NCBI GenBank assembly: GCA_963755715.1
Contig: CAVWLW010000059.1
Location: 32,001-96,000 of the forward strand
Direction: 5' to 3'
Origin: an uncultured delta proteobacterium
Lineage (GTDB): Bacteria; Desulfobacterota; Binatia; UBA9968
DNA length: 64,000 nucleotides
Shown here: positions 1-10,376 of the stretch, piece by piece
Position numbering within the stretch: position 1 is the stretch's first letter
Layout: every line of letters begins with the position of its first letter
Program-made: the position numbers and the translations under genes
The notes under the pieces: generated by a model
Seen by the model: only the letters and a program-made list of their open reading frames with translations
The model's database searches: none
What the model was told of the DNA's origin: nothing

Positions 1-132
1 TAGGCGGCGCGGACCTTAGGCAGGTTTTGCCCCTGCGCGGCGTCGGCGAGAGCTACAATCAAAGCGAAACCAATCACCAATCTCATTACTCTCGGCATGG
101 TTGTCTCCTGTGACCTGTCACGCAATCACTTA

Positions 133-1113
133 TCACTGGCGGTACAGCCCGTCGATATAGCCGGACTTGTCCAGCTCGTCAATGAACCGGGTATCCACAT
201 ATTCCTTCGCGTTGGCGGTTTTTGCCGCCGGCACTCGCTTCGCCAGATCTTCGAAGATCGTCTTGAAACCCTCGAGCGACGGATACGGTTTAACCTGGAT
301 AAAACTTTTCAGAAGTTGGTAGGTGTCTTCCAATTCCTTTTCGTCTTTGATTTGCATGCGCTTAGAAAGCGCTCGCTTGGCGAGGGCCGGATTTGTACGC
401 ATCAGATGAATTCCTTCGATCACGGACTTGACGGCTCGTCGCACGATGTCGGGATTTTTTGCAATAAACTTTTGCGTCGTGTTCAGACCCGTTTGCTGAA
501 CCGGCAGATCCATCTCTTGCATGTTGACCAAAACATGCATGCCGGAAGCTACGGCTTTGAGATAGTAAGGCGGCTGAATGATCGCGCCGTCGATGATTCT
601 GCCTGTGGATAAGGAAGCCAGGAGAACCGGCACGTCGCCGACCTGGACGTAGGAAACGTCTTTATCCGGATCGAGACCGAGTCTCCCGACCAGGAGCCGG
701 GACATCGAATCGGTGACCGTGCCGAAGCGCGTGATGCCGAGCCGTTTTCCTTTGAGATCGGCGACGGTGCGAATCTCGGGGCGGACCACCAGCCGATAGA
801 GCGGCTTGTTGAGAAAACTCGCGACCATCACCACGTCGACACCCTGCAATCGCGCCGACGAGAGCAGACTGCCGGAGTAGACGCACATGTCGATTTCTCC
901 GGCGATCATCGCCGTCTGCCCAAGCGTCGTCTGTAAATAGAGTATCTGCGGGTCGATGCCGTTTTTTTGGAACAGCTTCCCTTCGTCAGTCACCCAGAGC
1001 ATTGCGTTACTGACCGTCGCGCCTGAGTAGCCGATGCGGATCTTGTCGGCGGCGACACTGGGTTGGAATGAAAGGGAGAAAATTCCAAGGAGCAGAAGTG
1101 GTATGAATATCAT
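133..1113 (-). CDS. ABC transporter substrate-binding protein, NMT1/SsuA/TauA-like
   Basis: Signal peptide, 'KIRIGYS', 'DLKGKRLGITRFGT', C-terminal 'YVDTRFIDELDKSG', all typical of this family. Confidence 0.85.
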   Translation of the reverse strand: MIFIPLLLLGIFSLSFQPSVAADKIRIGYSGATVSNAMLWVTDEGKLFQKNGIDPQILYLQTTLGQTAMIAGEIDMCVYSGSLLSSARLQGVDVVMVASFLNKPLYRLVVRPEIRTVADLKGKRLGITRFGTVTDSMSRLLVGRLGLDPDKDVSYVQVGDVPVLLASLSTGRIIDGAIIQPPYYLKAVASGMHVLVNMQEMDLPVQQTGLNTTQKFIAKNPDIVRRAVKSVIEGIHLMRTNPALAKRALSKRMQIKDEKELEDTYQLLKSFIQVKPYPSLEGFKTIFEDLAKRVPAAKTANAKEYVDTRFIDELDKSGYIDGLYRQ

Positions 1114-1129
1114 ATGGGTACGTCACAAA

Positions 1130-1224
1130 CTGTGTCACCCTGAGCATCAGCGAAGGGTCTCGGCCGAGATTGTCGAACCAAAGTGAAGGATCTTTGCCTT
1201 CGGCTGCGCCTCAGGATGACACAG
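1130..1224. repeat. GTCA-type palindromic REP-like element
   Basis: ctgtgtcaccctgagc...ctcaggatgacacag inverted ends; related copies at 2506, 22471, 26074, 29753. Confidence 0.75.
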
Positions 1225-1297
1225 CTTGATCGTCAATTTGAAACGGATCAACCGTGAACGAATCTTCTCGGCAAAACGGCTTGAACGTTTTGAACTC

Positions 1298-2350
1298 TTA
1301 ATCCCGAATGACTTTCGTGACACTCCGCGTCGACCCGCCCTCGGGCGTGCTCTGGCCCCAGACGTGAATGTACTGCGACTGCGAGCCGTCGCCGCCGGCG
1401 ACGATGACGAGTATGTCCTCCGGCCTGTCGGTTACGGGAATGACGCTGTCGCGCGTCAGCTTGAGATCGGAGCGGCGCTTGACGCGCTGCTCGAAGGTCT
1501 CGTCGGGAAGATCTTTCATCCGATAGGCGGCGCGCTCCCAGATGAATTTCTGAACGTCCTTCTTGCTGAAACCATCGCCGGCGATGATCTTGGCATGCTC
1601 CGGGCAGATCACCATGATCGCTTCCGGCCCCGAGGGTCCGTCCATTTTTTGCGCGAAATTGATCAGTATGCCTTCAGCCTTCGAGCTGTCCAAATCCGAC
1701 GCGCGGATCGACGCGTCCGCGCTGATTGCGGTGACCGTGCTCTGCTCCGCTTTGAATCCGCGTTCGACGTGGAGCGGCTCCCACGGGCTCCCCTCCTCAT
1801 TTTCGCCGACGCAGATGGAATATTTCCCGGGCCAACCTAAAGTCGCTTTGCAGGTCGTGCCGGGATAGGAGCCGCCGATATTGCGTTTCACCAGTTGCAC
1901 GAAGCGACCGATGGTCGCATTGGCGCGCCATCCCTCGCCCAAGGCATTGGGGCCGCCGTTGATGTCTAGTTTTTTACGGATCGGGCCATTAATGATGATC
2001 ATCACCGCCGGCCCGCCGGTGGTCGCTTGCAGCGCATAAAGATTAAGCTTCGGATCCGTAATGGCTTCCACGGCCGCGATCAGCACCGGCATGTACTCCG
2101 GCTTGCACCCCGCCATGACGCCGTTGATGGCGATCTTCTCCACCGTCGCCTGTGCCCAGCGCGGCGGCACCGCGCCGATCACTTCGTCGGGCTTGCGCTT
2201 GGCCGCCGCGAGCATCTGCGCCACCCGTTCTTCCGTCGGTGGAATGATCGGCAACCCATCGCCCCAGCCTTTCTCTTCGAAAAAGGCCTGCGCTGCCCAG
2301 ATGTCATCGGGGATTTCGAATCGCTCCGCTTGAAGTGCTGTAGTTGCCAT
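1298..2350 (-). CDS. Conserved protein typically encoded next to UGSC-family selenoproteins
   Basis: Motifs 'GWGDGLPIIPPTEERV', 'TVEKIAINGVMAGCKPEY', 'RANATIGR', 'ENEEGSPWEPLHVERG'; ATG at 2350 with GGAGAAG RBS. Confidence 0.75.
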   Translation of the reverse strand: MATTALQAERFEIPDDIWAAQAFFEEKGWGDGLPIIPPTEERVAQMLAAAKRKPDEVIGAVPPRWAQATVEKIAINGVMAGCKPEYMPVLIAAVEAITDPKLNLYALQATTGGPAVMIIINGPIRKKLDINGGPNALGEGWRANATIGRFVQLVKRNIGGSYPGTTCKATLGWPGKYSICVGENEEGSPWEPLHVERGFKAEQSTVTAISADASIRASDLDSSKAEGILINFAQKMDGPSGPEAIMVICPEHAKIIAGDGFSKKDVQKFIWERAAYRMKDLPDETFEQRVKRRSDLKLTRDSVIPVTDRPEDILVIVAGGDGSQSQYIHVWGQSTPEGGSTRSVTKVIRD

Positions 2351-2505
2351 TGCTGTACTTCTCCAATCAGATGCGTTCAAAGGTGATTACACCCCGCTTA
2401 CTTGAACGCGCCACAAGAATTACTTCTTCGCCCTCCTTGGAGGGAGAGGAAAAAGGTGAGGGTAGTTAACGGATACCCTGACGTCGCCCGCAAGGGACGC
2501 GACTT

Positions 2506-2591
2506 GATGTCATTCTGAGCCGAAGGCGAAGAATCTCGTCTTCGCAACGAGCTGAAAATGCGAGATGCTTCGCGTCGCTCAGCATGACATC
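2506..2591. repeat. GTCA-type palindromic REP-like element
   Basis: gatgtcattctgagc...gctcagcatgacatc. Confidence 0.75.
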
Positions 2592-2668
2592 CATATAATC
2601 GTGCGCACTGCGACATTCGGCGGTGAAGAGTGTAACCGACGTGCCGCTAAATCGTTGCAAACTAATTT

Positions 2669-3220
2669 TCAAGCAACAGCGGACTTCTTTTGTCGCGGAT
2701 CGAGCAGAATCTCGATCAGCTTACTGAACGCCGCGTCGGCTTTTTTGTTCACTTCTTCGATCTTCACCGTTCCGATCGGATGCTGCACGACCAGTACGGG
2801 ATGATCGGGCGCACCGAATGCCTCTTTCTCAGATTTCGCCAACGCGTCGAAGGCATTGGTAATCAACGTGATCGCAAAGCGGCCGCGCTTTTGAATCTCG
2901 ATTGAGTCGTGGACACTCCACGACGTGCACGACCCTCAATCGCCAAGCCCGCTGATAACGAAATCAGTCTGCGCCGCCAGTTCGTCGAGATATTCTTTGG
3001 GCGCGCCCTGCTGGGCCGTGAGCTTCCGGCGGCTAATCACTTTGGCGACGCCGTATTTTTCCTTGAGCTGTTCAGCGAAGCGCTCGGCCAGCTTGTCCAT
3101 GTTGGGCTTGCTATTATCGAGCAGGCCCAACACCTTGCCGCGCAGGTCCGCGAACTGCGGCAAGCTCGCGACTTTCGCCGCCGAGGATTGCGCCTTTCCT
3201 TCCGGACTGAGAACAATCAT
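2669..3220 (-). CDS. UGSC-family selenoprotein (183 aa, Sec at UGA 2938-2936)
   Basis: ORFs 2936..3286 and 2669..2866 share a frame. Reading through TGA gives GLGD-U-GSCTSWSVHDSIEIQKRG. ATG 3220 has a GGAGG RBS. Confidence 0.88.
2906..2935 (-). promoter_or_regulatory. Putative bacterial SECIS element
   Basis: Minus strand after UGA: GGGTCGTGCAC then GTCGTGG-AGTGT-CCACGAC perfect stem-loop, starting 11 nt 3' of the UGA. Confidence 0.7.
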
Positions 3221-3240
3221 CTCATGACCTCCTGAAATTC

Positions 3241-3302
3241 GTAGGGGCAACCCCCTGTGGTTGCCCGTTCGACCCAGGGCAGGCACAGGGGCCTGCCCCT
3301 AC
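3241..3302. repeat. GTAG-type REP doublet
   Basis: gtaggggcaaccccctgtggttgccc...gggcaggcacaggggcctgcccctac: two inverted GTAG-footed hairpins. Confidence 0.75.
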
Positions 3303-3350
3303 GCTGATAGATTGAAAAATCCAAATTGAACTACGACCGAACAACATATT

Positions 3351-4445
3351 CTATAATCCGTAAAACGCCTTGGGGTTGTCGTAGAGAATTTTTTGCACGG
3401 CCGATTGTGGAATATCACCCTTGTCCGCCCGAGCTTGAAGTTCCTTGCGGAATTCGAGCTCCATCGAAGGATCGCGGTGCGTGTAGTCCGAGCCCACCAT
3501 CAAGTTGTTTTCGCCGACAGTTTTAATGATATACGGAAGATCTTCGTCGACCTGGCAAGTAATATAGATGCGATTCTCCTCGAACACATTGACTGGCACC
3601 TCGATGAGCGGGACTCCGAGCACGCTGGTGCTCTCGCGTCCCTGCTGGCGCAATTGCTGGCGACGCAGATCGTAGGCAACGAACGGCGCCCACATCGAAC
3701 CTGCCTCGATGCAGCCGAACCGAAGCTTTGGAAACTTTGCCGGAATTCTATGAAGAATAAGCCCGAGCACGCCGTTGATCGCCGCGCCCTTCGTGCGCAT
3801 GAATTGGCCGTGGGAGAATTCCCGCGCCGGTGAGAAATCCGGCACGCCGGAGCCGGTGTGAATGCAGATCGGCAGATCGAGCTTCTCCGCTTCCGCGTAC
3901 AGTGGCTCGAAGTAAGGATCGGCCGGATACTTACCCGCTTCGCGATCGCCTTTTTTCAAGATGCCACAGGCGCCATGGTCTTTTGACCAGCGGATCTCCG
4001 CCAGAGACTCGTCCATATTCTGCAGCGGCGGCATGCAAACCCAGCGCAGTCGTCCACCCGATTGGCCGCAACGGTCGCCCAACCAGCGGTTATAACTCCG
4101 GCGCATTGCCGCGTTGATCTCAGGCTTTTCCGTCGCCTCCATCAAGAAAAGCGTGGGATAAATCACCTGGGTGTCCGTGCCGAGCTCATCCATGTGCTTG
4201 AGCCGTTTTTTCACATCGAGCAGCTCGCGCGTCTCCACGGTCGTGCCCGAATCTTTATCGCTGCGAATGAAACGAATCTGGCGCTTGCCATCGATCACCC
4301 AGTAGCGCGCCGGCGGTAATTTAGGATCCGGATTGGACGGGTAAGCGGTCGTTGGCTTGTACGACGAATCGCCGCCAGCCATGTATTCCCACGTAGCATC
4401 CGTTTCATCTATGTGTGTATCGGCGTCAATAATTCCCACGATCAT
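3351..4445 (-). CDS. Amidohydrolase family 2 protein
   Basis: 'IIDADTH', 'QVIYPT', 'LPICIHTG', 'MVGSDYTHRD', 'NPKAFYGL'. Confidence 0.9.
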   Translation of the reverse strand: MIVGIIDADTHIDETDATWEYMAGGDSSYKPTTAYPSNPDPKLPPARYWVIDGKRQIRFIRSDKDSGTTVETRELLDVKKRLKHMDELGTDTQVIYPTLFLMEATEKPEINAAMRRSYNRWLGDRCGQSGGRLRWVCMPPLQNMDESLAEIRWSKDHGACGILKKGDREAGKYPADPYFEPLYAEAEKLDLPICIHTGSGVPDFSPAREFSHGQFMRTKGAAINGVLGLILHRIPAKFPKLRFGCIEAGSMWAPFVAYDLRRQQLRQQGRESTSVLGVPLIEVPVNVFEENRIYITCQVDEDLPYIIKTVGENNLMVGSDYTHRDPSMELEFRKELQARADKGDIPQSAVQKILYDNPKAFYGL

Positions 4446-4725
4446 GCTCTCCTTAATTTTTTCGAGGTCTTTTTGATTCTTAATACGCTTCGCCGGATTT
4501 TAAAAGAGCACGGTCAGGGCGCAGCATGCCGGCTCATGCATTTCACGTGTTTACGGTTAGGCGGCCATTAGCTTAGCTCGAATGGCTTTCGCCTTTTCAT
4601 TTTACTATGGAGACCCCTTATCACCCTCTTACATAGTATAAACGGCTCGGTCGGGTCAAAAACTCGTCAAAATTGCCGCCCGGTTTGGAAACGCTTGAAC
4701 CGGCTTGTCGAGCAATGGCGTAACG

Positions 4726-4754
4726 TTGACACAACTCTTAAGGCAGTGTTAAGC
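4726..4754 (+). promoter_or_regulatory. Sigma70-like promoter
   Basis: TTGACA-N15-TGTTAAGC upstream of 4810; same pattern at 12878 and a similar one at 14070. Confidence 0.55.
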
Positions 4755-4809
4755 CAAACCAAGCTCAGTATGCCAAGAGCGCCCGCTATTTTTATTTAGG
4801 AGGATTGAA

Positions 4810-5853
4810 ATGATGAACGGCGTATCGGTGATCGACGCCGACGGCCATGTTTTGGAAACCGATGCGGAGCTGGAACAATACTTCGAAGGCTCCTACAAAG
4901 GCCACAAACGCTCCGGTGTATTTTCCATCTTCCCCTCTCTCGACGGCTGGCCGCGCGGTTTCGTCCGCGGCTTGGAAAAAATTAACCGCACTGGGGCGGA
5001 TAACTGGATCCAATTCATCGAAGGATCGAAGATCGATGCCGCCGTGCTCTACCCCACCGCCGGCCTTTCTCTCGGCTTGATCCAGGATCCCGATTGGGCC
5101 TGCGTCGTCGCCCGGACGTATAATAATTGGCTGCATGACCGTTACTGCAAAGTCGATCCTCGTTTAAAAGGTGTGGCGCTCTTGCCCGTACACGATCCCC
5201 AGGAAGCGGCGATGGAACTGCGCCATGCCGTCAAAGAGCAAGGCATGGTCGCCGGCCTTTTGCCCGCCGTCACGATGCTCAACAAAGGCTACGGCCACCG
5301 GGACTTTCATCCGATCTACAAAGAAGCGCAGGAGCTAAACGTGCCGCTGACGGTGCATGGCGCCGTCAGTCGCGGCTTGGGCTTCGATTTTCTGCAGACC
5401 ATGTCGATGATCCACACCCTCGAGCATCCAATCGCGCAGATGATCCAACTCACCAGCATCGTCCTCGACGGTGTCTTCGATTTGTTCCCGAAATTGCGCA
5501 TCGGCTTCTTGGAAGCCGGCGCCGGCTGGATTCCCTACATGATGGATCGGCTGGACGAGAAGTTTCACATCGACCGCAAGCGCAAACATTTTCCGCTGAG
5601 CAAGCGGCCGAGCGAGTATTTCAAGAGCGGCAACATCTACGTCACCTGCGAGACCGACGAGAAAATTCTCGACGTCGTCGTCCGCGAAATGGGTGAAGAT
5701 TATCTCATGTACCCGACGGACTTTCCCCACGAACGCCAAGCCGGAGAGTTCGCCGTCGATATTCCGGAATTTTGGGAACGAAAAGATTTGGCCGAAAGGG
5801 TCAAGCGAAAAATTCTCAGTGAGAATGCGAAGCGATTTTATAACATGGCGTAG
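4810..5853 (+). CDS. Amidohydrolase family 2 protein
   Basis: 'VIDADGHV', 'AVLYPT', 'FLEAGAGW', 'PTDFPH', 'NAKRFY'; AGGAGG RBS. Confidence 0.9.
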   Translation: MMNGVSVIDADGHVLETDAELEQYFEGSYKGHKRSGVFSIFPSLDGWPRGFVRGLEKINRTGADNWIQFIEGSKIDAAVLYPTAGLSLGLIQDPDWACVVARTYNNWLHDRYCKVDPRLKGVALLPVHDPQEAAMELRHAVKEQGMVAGLLPAVTMLNKGYGHRDFHPIYKEAQELNVPLTVHGAVSRGLGFDFLQTMSMIHTLEHPIAQMIQLTSIVLDGVFDLFPKLRIGFLEAGAGWIPYMMDRLDEKFHIDRKRKHFPLSKRPSEYFKSGNIYVTCETDEKILDVVVREMGEDYLMYPTDFPHERQAGEFAVDIPEFWERKDLAERVKRKILSENAKRFYNMA

Positions 5854-5914
5854 TATGGCCGCTCCGAAGTTCGTTTAAAAAGTCCAAACGATGGCAACAG
5901 CTGAAGTCGAACTC

Positions 5915-6002
5915 AAATCCCCCTTTGTCCCCCTTTTTCAAAGGGGGAATTTTCTCCATTCGATTCTCACCCCTCTTTGCCAAAGAGGGGAAGGGGAGAT
6001 TT
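5915..6002. repeat. CCCT/AGGG-rich palindromic element
   Basis: aaatccccctttgtccccctttttcaaaggggg...ccctctttgccaaagaggggaaggggagattt; partial reverse copy at 8638-8700. Confidence 0.6.
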
Positions 6003-6157
6003 CGAACAGAATGACGCTGGAATTATATAGCGAACTTCTAGGACAAAACCCGCCGTTCACCCTTCGAGAGCCTCAGGGCCGATACGATCCGGAGTTTGAA
6101 AAGACTGAGGATCTTCCGGTCATGCTGACCCTGTCAAAGCATGCCGAACCTTTTTTA

Positions 6158-7150
6158 TCAGAATCTCTTGAGCACCCCGCTCTCCTCCAAACGCCGCGAC
6201 AGACTCACATCGATGAACTGCTCCGGCTTTGCCGCCGCCGCTTTAGGATTCGATGCCGCTAAGATATCCAGGATCGTTTTCACACCGCTAGCGGTCGGCC
6301 GCATATTGGGGCTGTGCACTTCTTTATTGTCCGCATAAGTATTCTCTAGAATCTTTCGATCGCTGACTTTTGTATACTTGGCCATAATCCGCATCGCGCG
6401 CTCTTTGTCCGTTCTGAAAATGTGCACGCCTTCGGCGACCGAGTTGAACACCCGTTGTGCCTTGTCCGTCGAATCGCGCACGAACGATCGACGGGTGGCC
6501 AAGACGAACGATGGATACTCCACGCCGGCGCCGTTCCAGATGCGTTTAAAGCCGAGAGCTTCGGCCCGATAAGTCGCCGGCGGCGCGAGCATGGCCGCTT
6601 GAACCCGCCCGGCTTGCATCGCCGCTACCGACTCGGGATAGCCGCCGGACTGTATCAATGGCACGTCCTTCACCGCCTCCATGTTGTACTGAGCAAAACA
6701 CACCTTCGCCATATACGCGGTGCTCGAAGCCAAGCGGGTCACGGCCACAGTCTTGCCTTTGAGATCTTCGACCCTGGCGATCCCTGGGACGACATAAAGA
6801 CTGATCGGCGTCGTATTGGAAATAAACCCAGCGAGGGTAAGATCCGCGCCGCCAAGAATACCGCTCACGATCGGATCGGCGCCGCCATAAATGAAATCGA
6901 TTTCTCCCGCGATCAGCGCGCTGACCGCCACCGAAGAGCCGCCGATGTAGACGAGATCGGCGTCGATCTGATTTTTCTGATACAGTCGCTCATCAGTGGC
7001 AATCCATACGGGCGTAAAGATACCGCTGATGGAACTATAAGCCGCGCGGATTTTGTTTTGCGCTGGAGCGGAACTGTGAAGACTCAGGATAGAAAGCGTG
7101 ACCAGCAGGAATCGGCCGGCCACCGCTATGAAATCAACGGAGAACCCCAT
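6158..7150 (-). CDS. ABC transporter substrate-binding protein, NMT1/SsuA-like
   Basis: Signal peptide, 'KIRAAYSSISG', 'DLKGKTVAVTRLAS', 'KPEQFIDVS'. Confidence 0.85.
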   Translation of the reverse strand: MGFSVDFIAVAGRFLLVTLSILSLHSSAPAQNKIRAAYSSISGIFTPVWIATDERLYQKNQIDADLVYIGGSSVAVSALIAGEIDFIYGGADPIVSGILGGADLTLAGFISNTTPISLYVVPGIARVEDLKGKTVAVTRLASSTAYMAKVCFAQYNMEAVKDVPLIQSGGYPESVAAMQAGRVQAAMLAPPATYRAEALGFKRIWNGAGVEYPSFVLATRRSFVRDSTDKAQRVFNSVAEGVHIFRTDKERAMRIMAKYTKVSDRKILENTYADNKEVHSPNMRPTASGVKTILDILAASNPKAAAAKPEQFIDVSLSRRLEESGVLKRF

Positions 7151-7306
7151 CAGGATGCAACCTCATACGAATATTTCTCGCGATCATAAGAGAGCCCTAG
7201 GACGCTGTCAATCAAGCCCCTCTTTTGACAAACGATCGATCGCAAGGCGCTTGACGTAACGCTTGATTGCTCGCTAAATTCCCAGAGCGGCATGAAGGAG
7301 ACTAAT

Positions 7307-8671
7307 ATGACCGGAATCATCGACGCGGACACTCACATTGCAGAATCGGAGGGCATGTGGCGACTATTCGACCAGGATATGTATCGTCGCCGGCCGGTCA
7401 TGGTCGCCGCGCCGGATGACACGCTGTACCGGGATTTCAATGTTCTGTGGCTCATCGACGGCAACATCTTTCCCAAAGCCGCAGGCAAAGGCGGATTTCG
7501 TATTATCACGCCGACAGCTTCGAAACGCGAAGCCGGAAGAACAGACATCAGCCTCGGTTGCCGTGAAATTACCGACGTCGATGCGCGCTTGGCCGACATG
7601 GACAAGGCTGGAGTCGCCGTCCAGGTGATTTATCCGACGTTGTTTTTAATTCACGTCACCGACGACGTTGAATTGCAGGTTGCGCTATGCGCCGCTTATA
7701 ACCAATACCTGGCGCAGGTGTTTGCCAAGTCACGCGCGCGGCTTCGTTGGGTTGCCGTCCTGCCGCTGCACAGCGTTGATGAATCCATCAAGCAGATGCA
7801 CGAGGCCAAACTGAACGGCGCCGTAGGAATATTTTTCAGCGGCATCGTCGGCGCTCTCACTCTGAACAATCCGCACTTTTTTCCGATCTACGCCGAAGCC
7901 GAAAAGCTCGGCCTGCCGGTCTGTGTCCACACCGGTCAGAGTTGCCGCCATTTACTGGATTTCTTCGATCTCGAATTGAACGGAACTTTCGCGGCGTCGC
8001 ATCTGCCGCCGCTCATCGGTTTTCGCGATCTCGTGGCCAGCGAGATTCCCGAAAAATTTCCCGGCTTGAAATTCGGCTTTCTCGAGGTCTCCGCCAGTTG
8101 GGTGCCGTTCTTGTATCATCACTTAAAGCGCTCGGCGCGCCCGCGCCCGTCCTTTCCCACCGCGCGCTGGAAACATGCGTCGTGCAAAGACCTGTTCCGC
8201 GATTATCGAATCTACATTGCCTGTGAAGCCGACGAAGACATCCCCTACCTGGCAGAATACGTCGGCGAGGACCACCTGATGATCGGCTCGGACTATGGCC
8301 ACAACGATCCCGCAGAAGAAAAGGCCCTGGTCGAGACGATGAAAGCGCGAGAGGATCTTTCAGCTGCTCTGTTAGAAAAAATTCTGGTGCAAAATCCTAA
8401 GCATTACTTGGGCGCGCCTATTCGATCTAGTGATCTGGATCCGAAGTTCGGTGAATATCTCATACGCCTCTTCTCCGTCATACCGGCGAAAGCCGGTATC
8501 CAGACGTATTTGAATTTCCTGGATTCCGGGTCGCGGCCCCGCTTGCCCGGAATGACGATCGACGTTCGACTTGTTAAAGAACATCAGTGTTCTGTCCCAG
8601 AAGCTGACTTTGTAATTCCCGGATCGTTCCGTCCGAAAAATCTCCCCTTCCCCTCTTGGAAAGAGGGGTAA
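7307..8671 (+). CDS. Amidohydrolase family 2 protein; real end probably near 8450, ORF runs on through repeats
   Basis: 'IIDADTH', 'QVIYPT', 'MIGSDYGHND'. The tail after 'NPKHY' translates REP elements ('SVIPAKAGIQ'). Confidence 0.8.
   Translation: MTGIIDADTHIAESEGMWRLFDQDMYRRRPVMVAAPDDTLYRDFNVLWLIDGNIFPKAAGKGGFRIITPTASKREAGRTDISLGCREITDVDARLADMDKAGVAVQVIYPTLFLIHVTDDVELQVALCAAYNQYLAQVFAKSRARLRWVAVLPLHSVDESIKQMHEAKLNGAVGIFFSGIVGALTLNNPHFFPIYAEAEKLGLPVCVHTGQSCRHLLDFFDLELNGTFAASHLPPLIGFRDLVASEIPEKFPGLKFGFLEVSASWVPFLYHHLKRSARPRPSFPTARWKHASCKDLFRDYRIYIACEADEDIPYLAEYVGEDHLMIGSDYGHNDPAEEKALVETMKAREDLSAALLEKILVQNPKHYLGAPIRSSDLDPKFGEYLIRLFSVIPAKAGIQTYLNFLDSGSRPRLPGMTIDVRLVKEHQCSVPEADFVIPGSFRPKNLPFPSWKEG
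8476..8557. repeat. GTCA-type palindromic element (GTCATNCCGGC family)
   Basis: cgtcataccggcgaaagccggtatccag...ccggaatgacg; sibling at 15222-15305. Confidence 0.75.
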
Positions 8672-8717
8672 GAATCGCACTGAGAAAAATCCCCCTTTCA
8701 AACTTCGAGACGCCACA

Positions 8718-10376
8718 CTAATCGCCGCCTTGCAGCGGCTTACCGGCGAGTTCCGTCAGTGTCGCCGTTGGCGTAACGTATTCAAGGTCGGTCGACACCT
8801 CGATCAAGGCCGATCGGTTCGCGCTCATTGCCTGTTTCAGAGCCGGCAAGAATTCGTCGTCGCGATTTACCTTCAAACCCAACGCGCCGTACGCCGAGCC
8901 GAGTGCGGCGAAATCGGGATTCATCAAGTCGTTGCCGGAGGGACGCCCGGGATATTGCGCTACTTGGTGCATGCGGATCGAGTTGTATCCTTCGTTGTTA
9001 TAGACAATCGTGATGATGTCGGCGCCGAACTGTTTTGCCGTCGCCATTTCTTGCCCGGTCATGAGAAATCCACCATCGCCGCAGTGAGACACGACCATTC
9101 TCCCTGGATGCGCCAGCTTTGCCGCCACCGCGGACGGGACGCCCGGTCCCATGCATCCCAGACTCGGTGAGATATAGGAGTCCGCGTAATCGAATTCTAA
9201 ATAGCGCTGGTGCCACTGGCCGAAGCTGCCGGCGTCCGTCGTCGTGATCGCGTCCCGCGGCAACGCCGCCTTGAGATCCGCCATCACCCGCTCCATCGAC
9301 ACGCGCCGGGTCGGACGCTCGGATGGAGTGGCGTAGCGTTTTTGCGCGGCATGATGTTCCGCGACCCAACCCGCACGGCTCTCGTTCGGTCTCGGACCTT
9401 GAAATTTGAGCGCGGCGGCCAGCGCCGTTTTGGCGTCGGCAACGATACCGACATCGGGGCGCAAGTTCTGGCCGATTGCTTCTTCGTCTGGATAAATTTG
9501 AATGAACGGCTGTCCGGGTTTGGGAAAAGCAAAACTAGCGGTGGTCTGTTGGTTGAGCCGGCTGCCGATCACCACCACCAAATCGGCTTCATCGGAAACC
9601 AAATTGCGCGTGTGTTTGTTGGCGTTCGCCAGGTTGCCGATATAGTTCGGATGGTTGTTGGGAAAAGCATCCTGGCGCTTGTAAGAAGTGAGTACGGGAA
9701 CCTGAAACTTTTCAGAGAAATCGATCAACTCCTGCCGCGCGTTGGAATATTGCGTTCCCGACCCGGCGATCAACACCGGCTTTTTCGCCGCGTTAATGCG
9801 TTCGACGATCTGCTCGATCGATTTAGGATCGGGATCGGATCGTACCATTGGATACGGATCGATCATCGCAATCTTCGCGTCTTCTTCGAGCATGTCGCGC
9901 GGCAACGACACGACGACCGGTCCCGGCCGGCCGCTGCGCGCGATGTGAAACGCCCGCGCCATGATGCGCGGAACTTGCCGCGCGTCGTTGATCTCGATGA
10001 CCCATTTGGCGATGGTGCCAAAAAAATGCGTGTAGTCGATTTCTTGGCCCGCTTCCCGGCCGCGCGCCGCCCGACCGACTTGTCCGACGAGCAGCACCAG
10101 CGGCACCGAATCGTATTTTGCGCTATGGACCGCGATACTCGCATTGGTGGCGCCGGGACCGCGGGTAACGAGACAGACGCCCGGCATGCGTGTCGCTTTG
10201 GCATAGCCCTCCGCCATAAAACAAGCGCCGCCTTCCTGGCGATTGGTAATCAGGCGAATTTCCGGCGTGTCGTAGAGTCCGTCCAGAACAGCGACATAGC
10301 TTTCACCCGGTACGCAGAATACATGCCGTACACCCTCGTTGCGAAGACATTGAGCCACTGCATGACCGGCAATCAT
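8718..10376 (-). CDS. Thiamine pyrophosphate-dependent enzyme, acetolactate synthase large subunit-like
   Basis: 'FCVPGESY', 'RQEGGACFMAE', 'TRGPGATN', TPP motif 'GDGGFLM...NN'. Confidence 0.9.
   Translation of the reverse strand: MIAGHAVAQCLRNEGVRHVFCVPGESYVAVLDGLYDTPEIRLITNRQEGGACFMAEGYAKATRMPGVCLVTRGPGATNASIAVHSAKYDSVPLVLLVGQVGRAARGREAGQEIDYTHFFGTIAKWVIEINDARQVPRIMARAFHIARSGRPGPVVVSLPRDMLEEDAKIAMIDPYPMVRSDPDPKSIEQIVERINAAKKPVLIAGSGTQYSNARQELIDFSEKFQVPVLTSYKRQDAFPNNHPNYIGNLANANKHTRNLVSDEADLVVVIGSRLNQQTTASFAFPKPGQPFIQIYPDEEAIGQNLRPDVGIVADAKTALAAALKFQGPRPNESRAGWVAEHHAAQKRYATPSERPTRRVSMERVMADLKAALPRDAITTTDAGSFGQWHQRYLEFDYADSYISPSLGCMGPGVPSAVAAKLAHPGRMVVSHCGDGGFLMTGQEMATAKQFGADIITIVYNNEGYNSIRMHQVAQYPGRPSGNDLMNPDFAALGSAYGALGLKVNRDDEFLPALKQAMSANRSALIEVSTDLEYVTPTATLTELAGKPLQGGD

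Noticed and set aside
5891-6262. 123-aa ORF
   Set aside because: It translates palindromic repeat DNA and overlaps the end of the convergent gene.
8420-8671. Novel C-terminal domain on the amidohydrolase
   Set aside because: It is read-through into palindromic repeats; the paralogous fragment stops right after NPKQFYSL.
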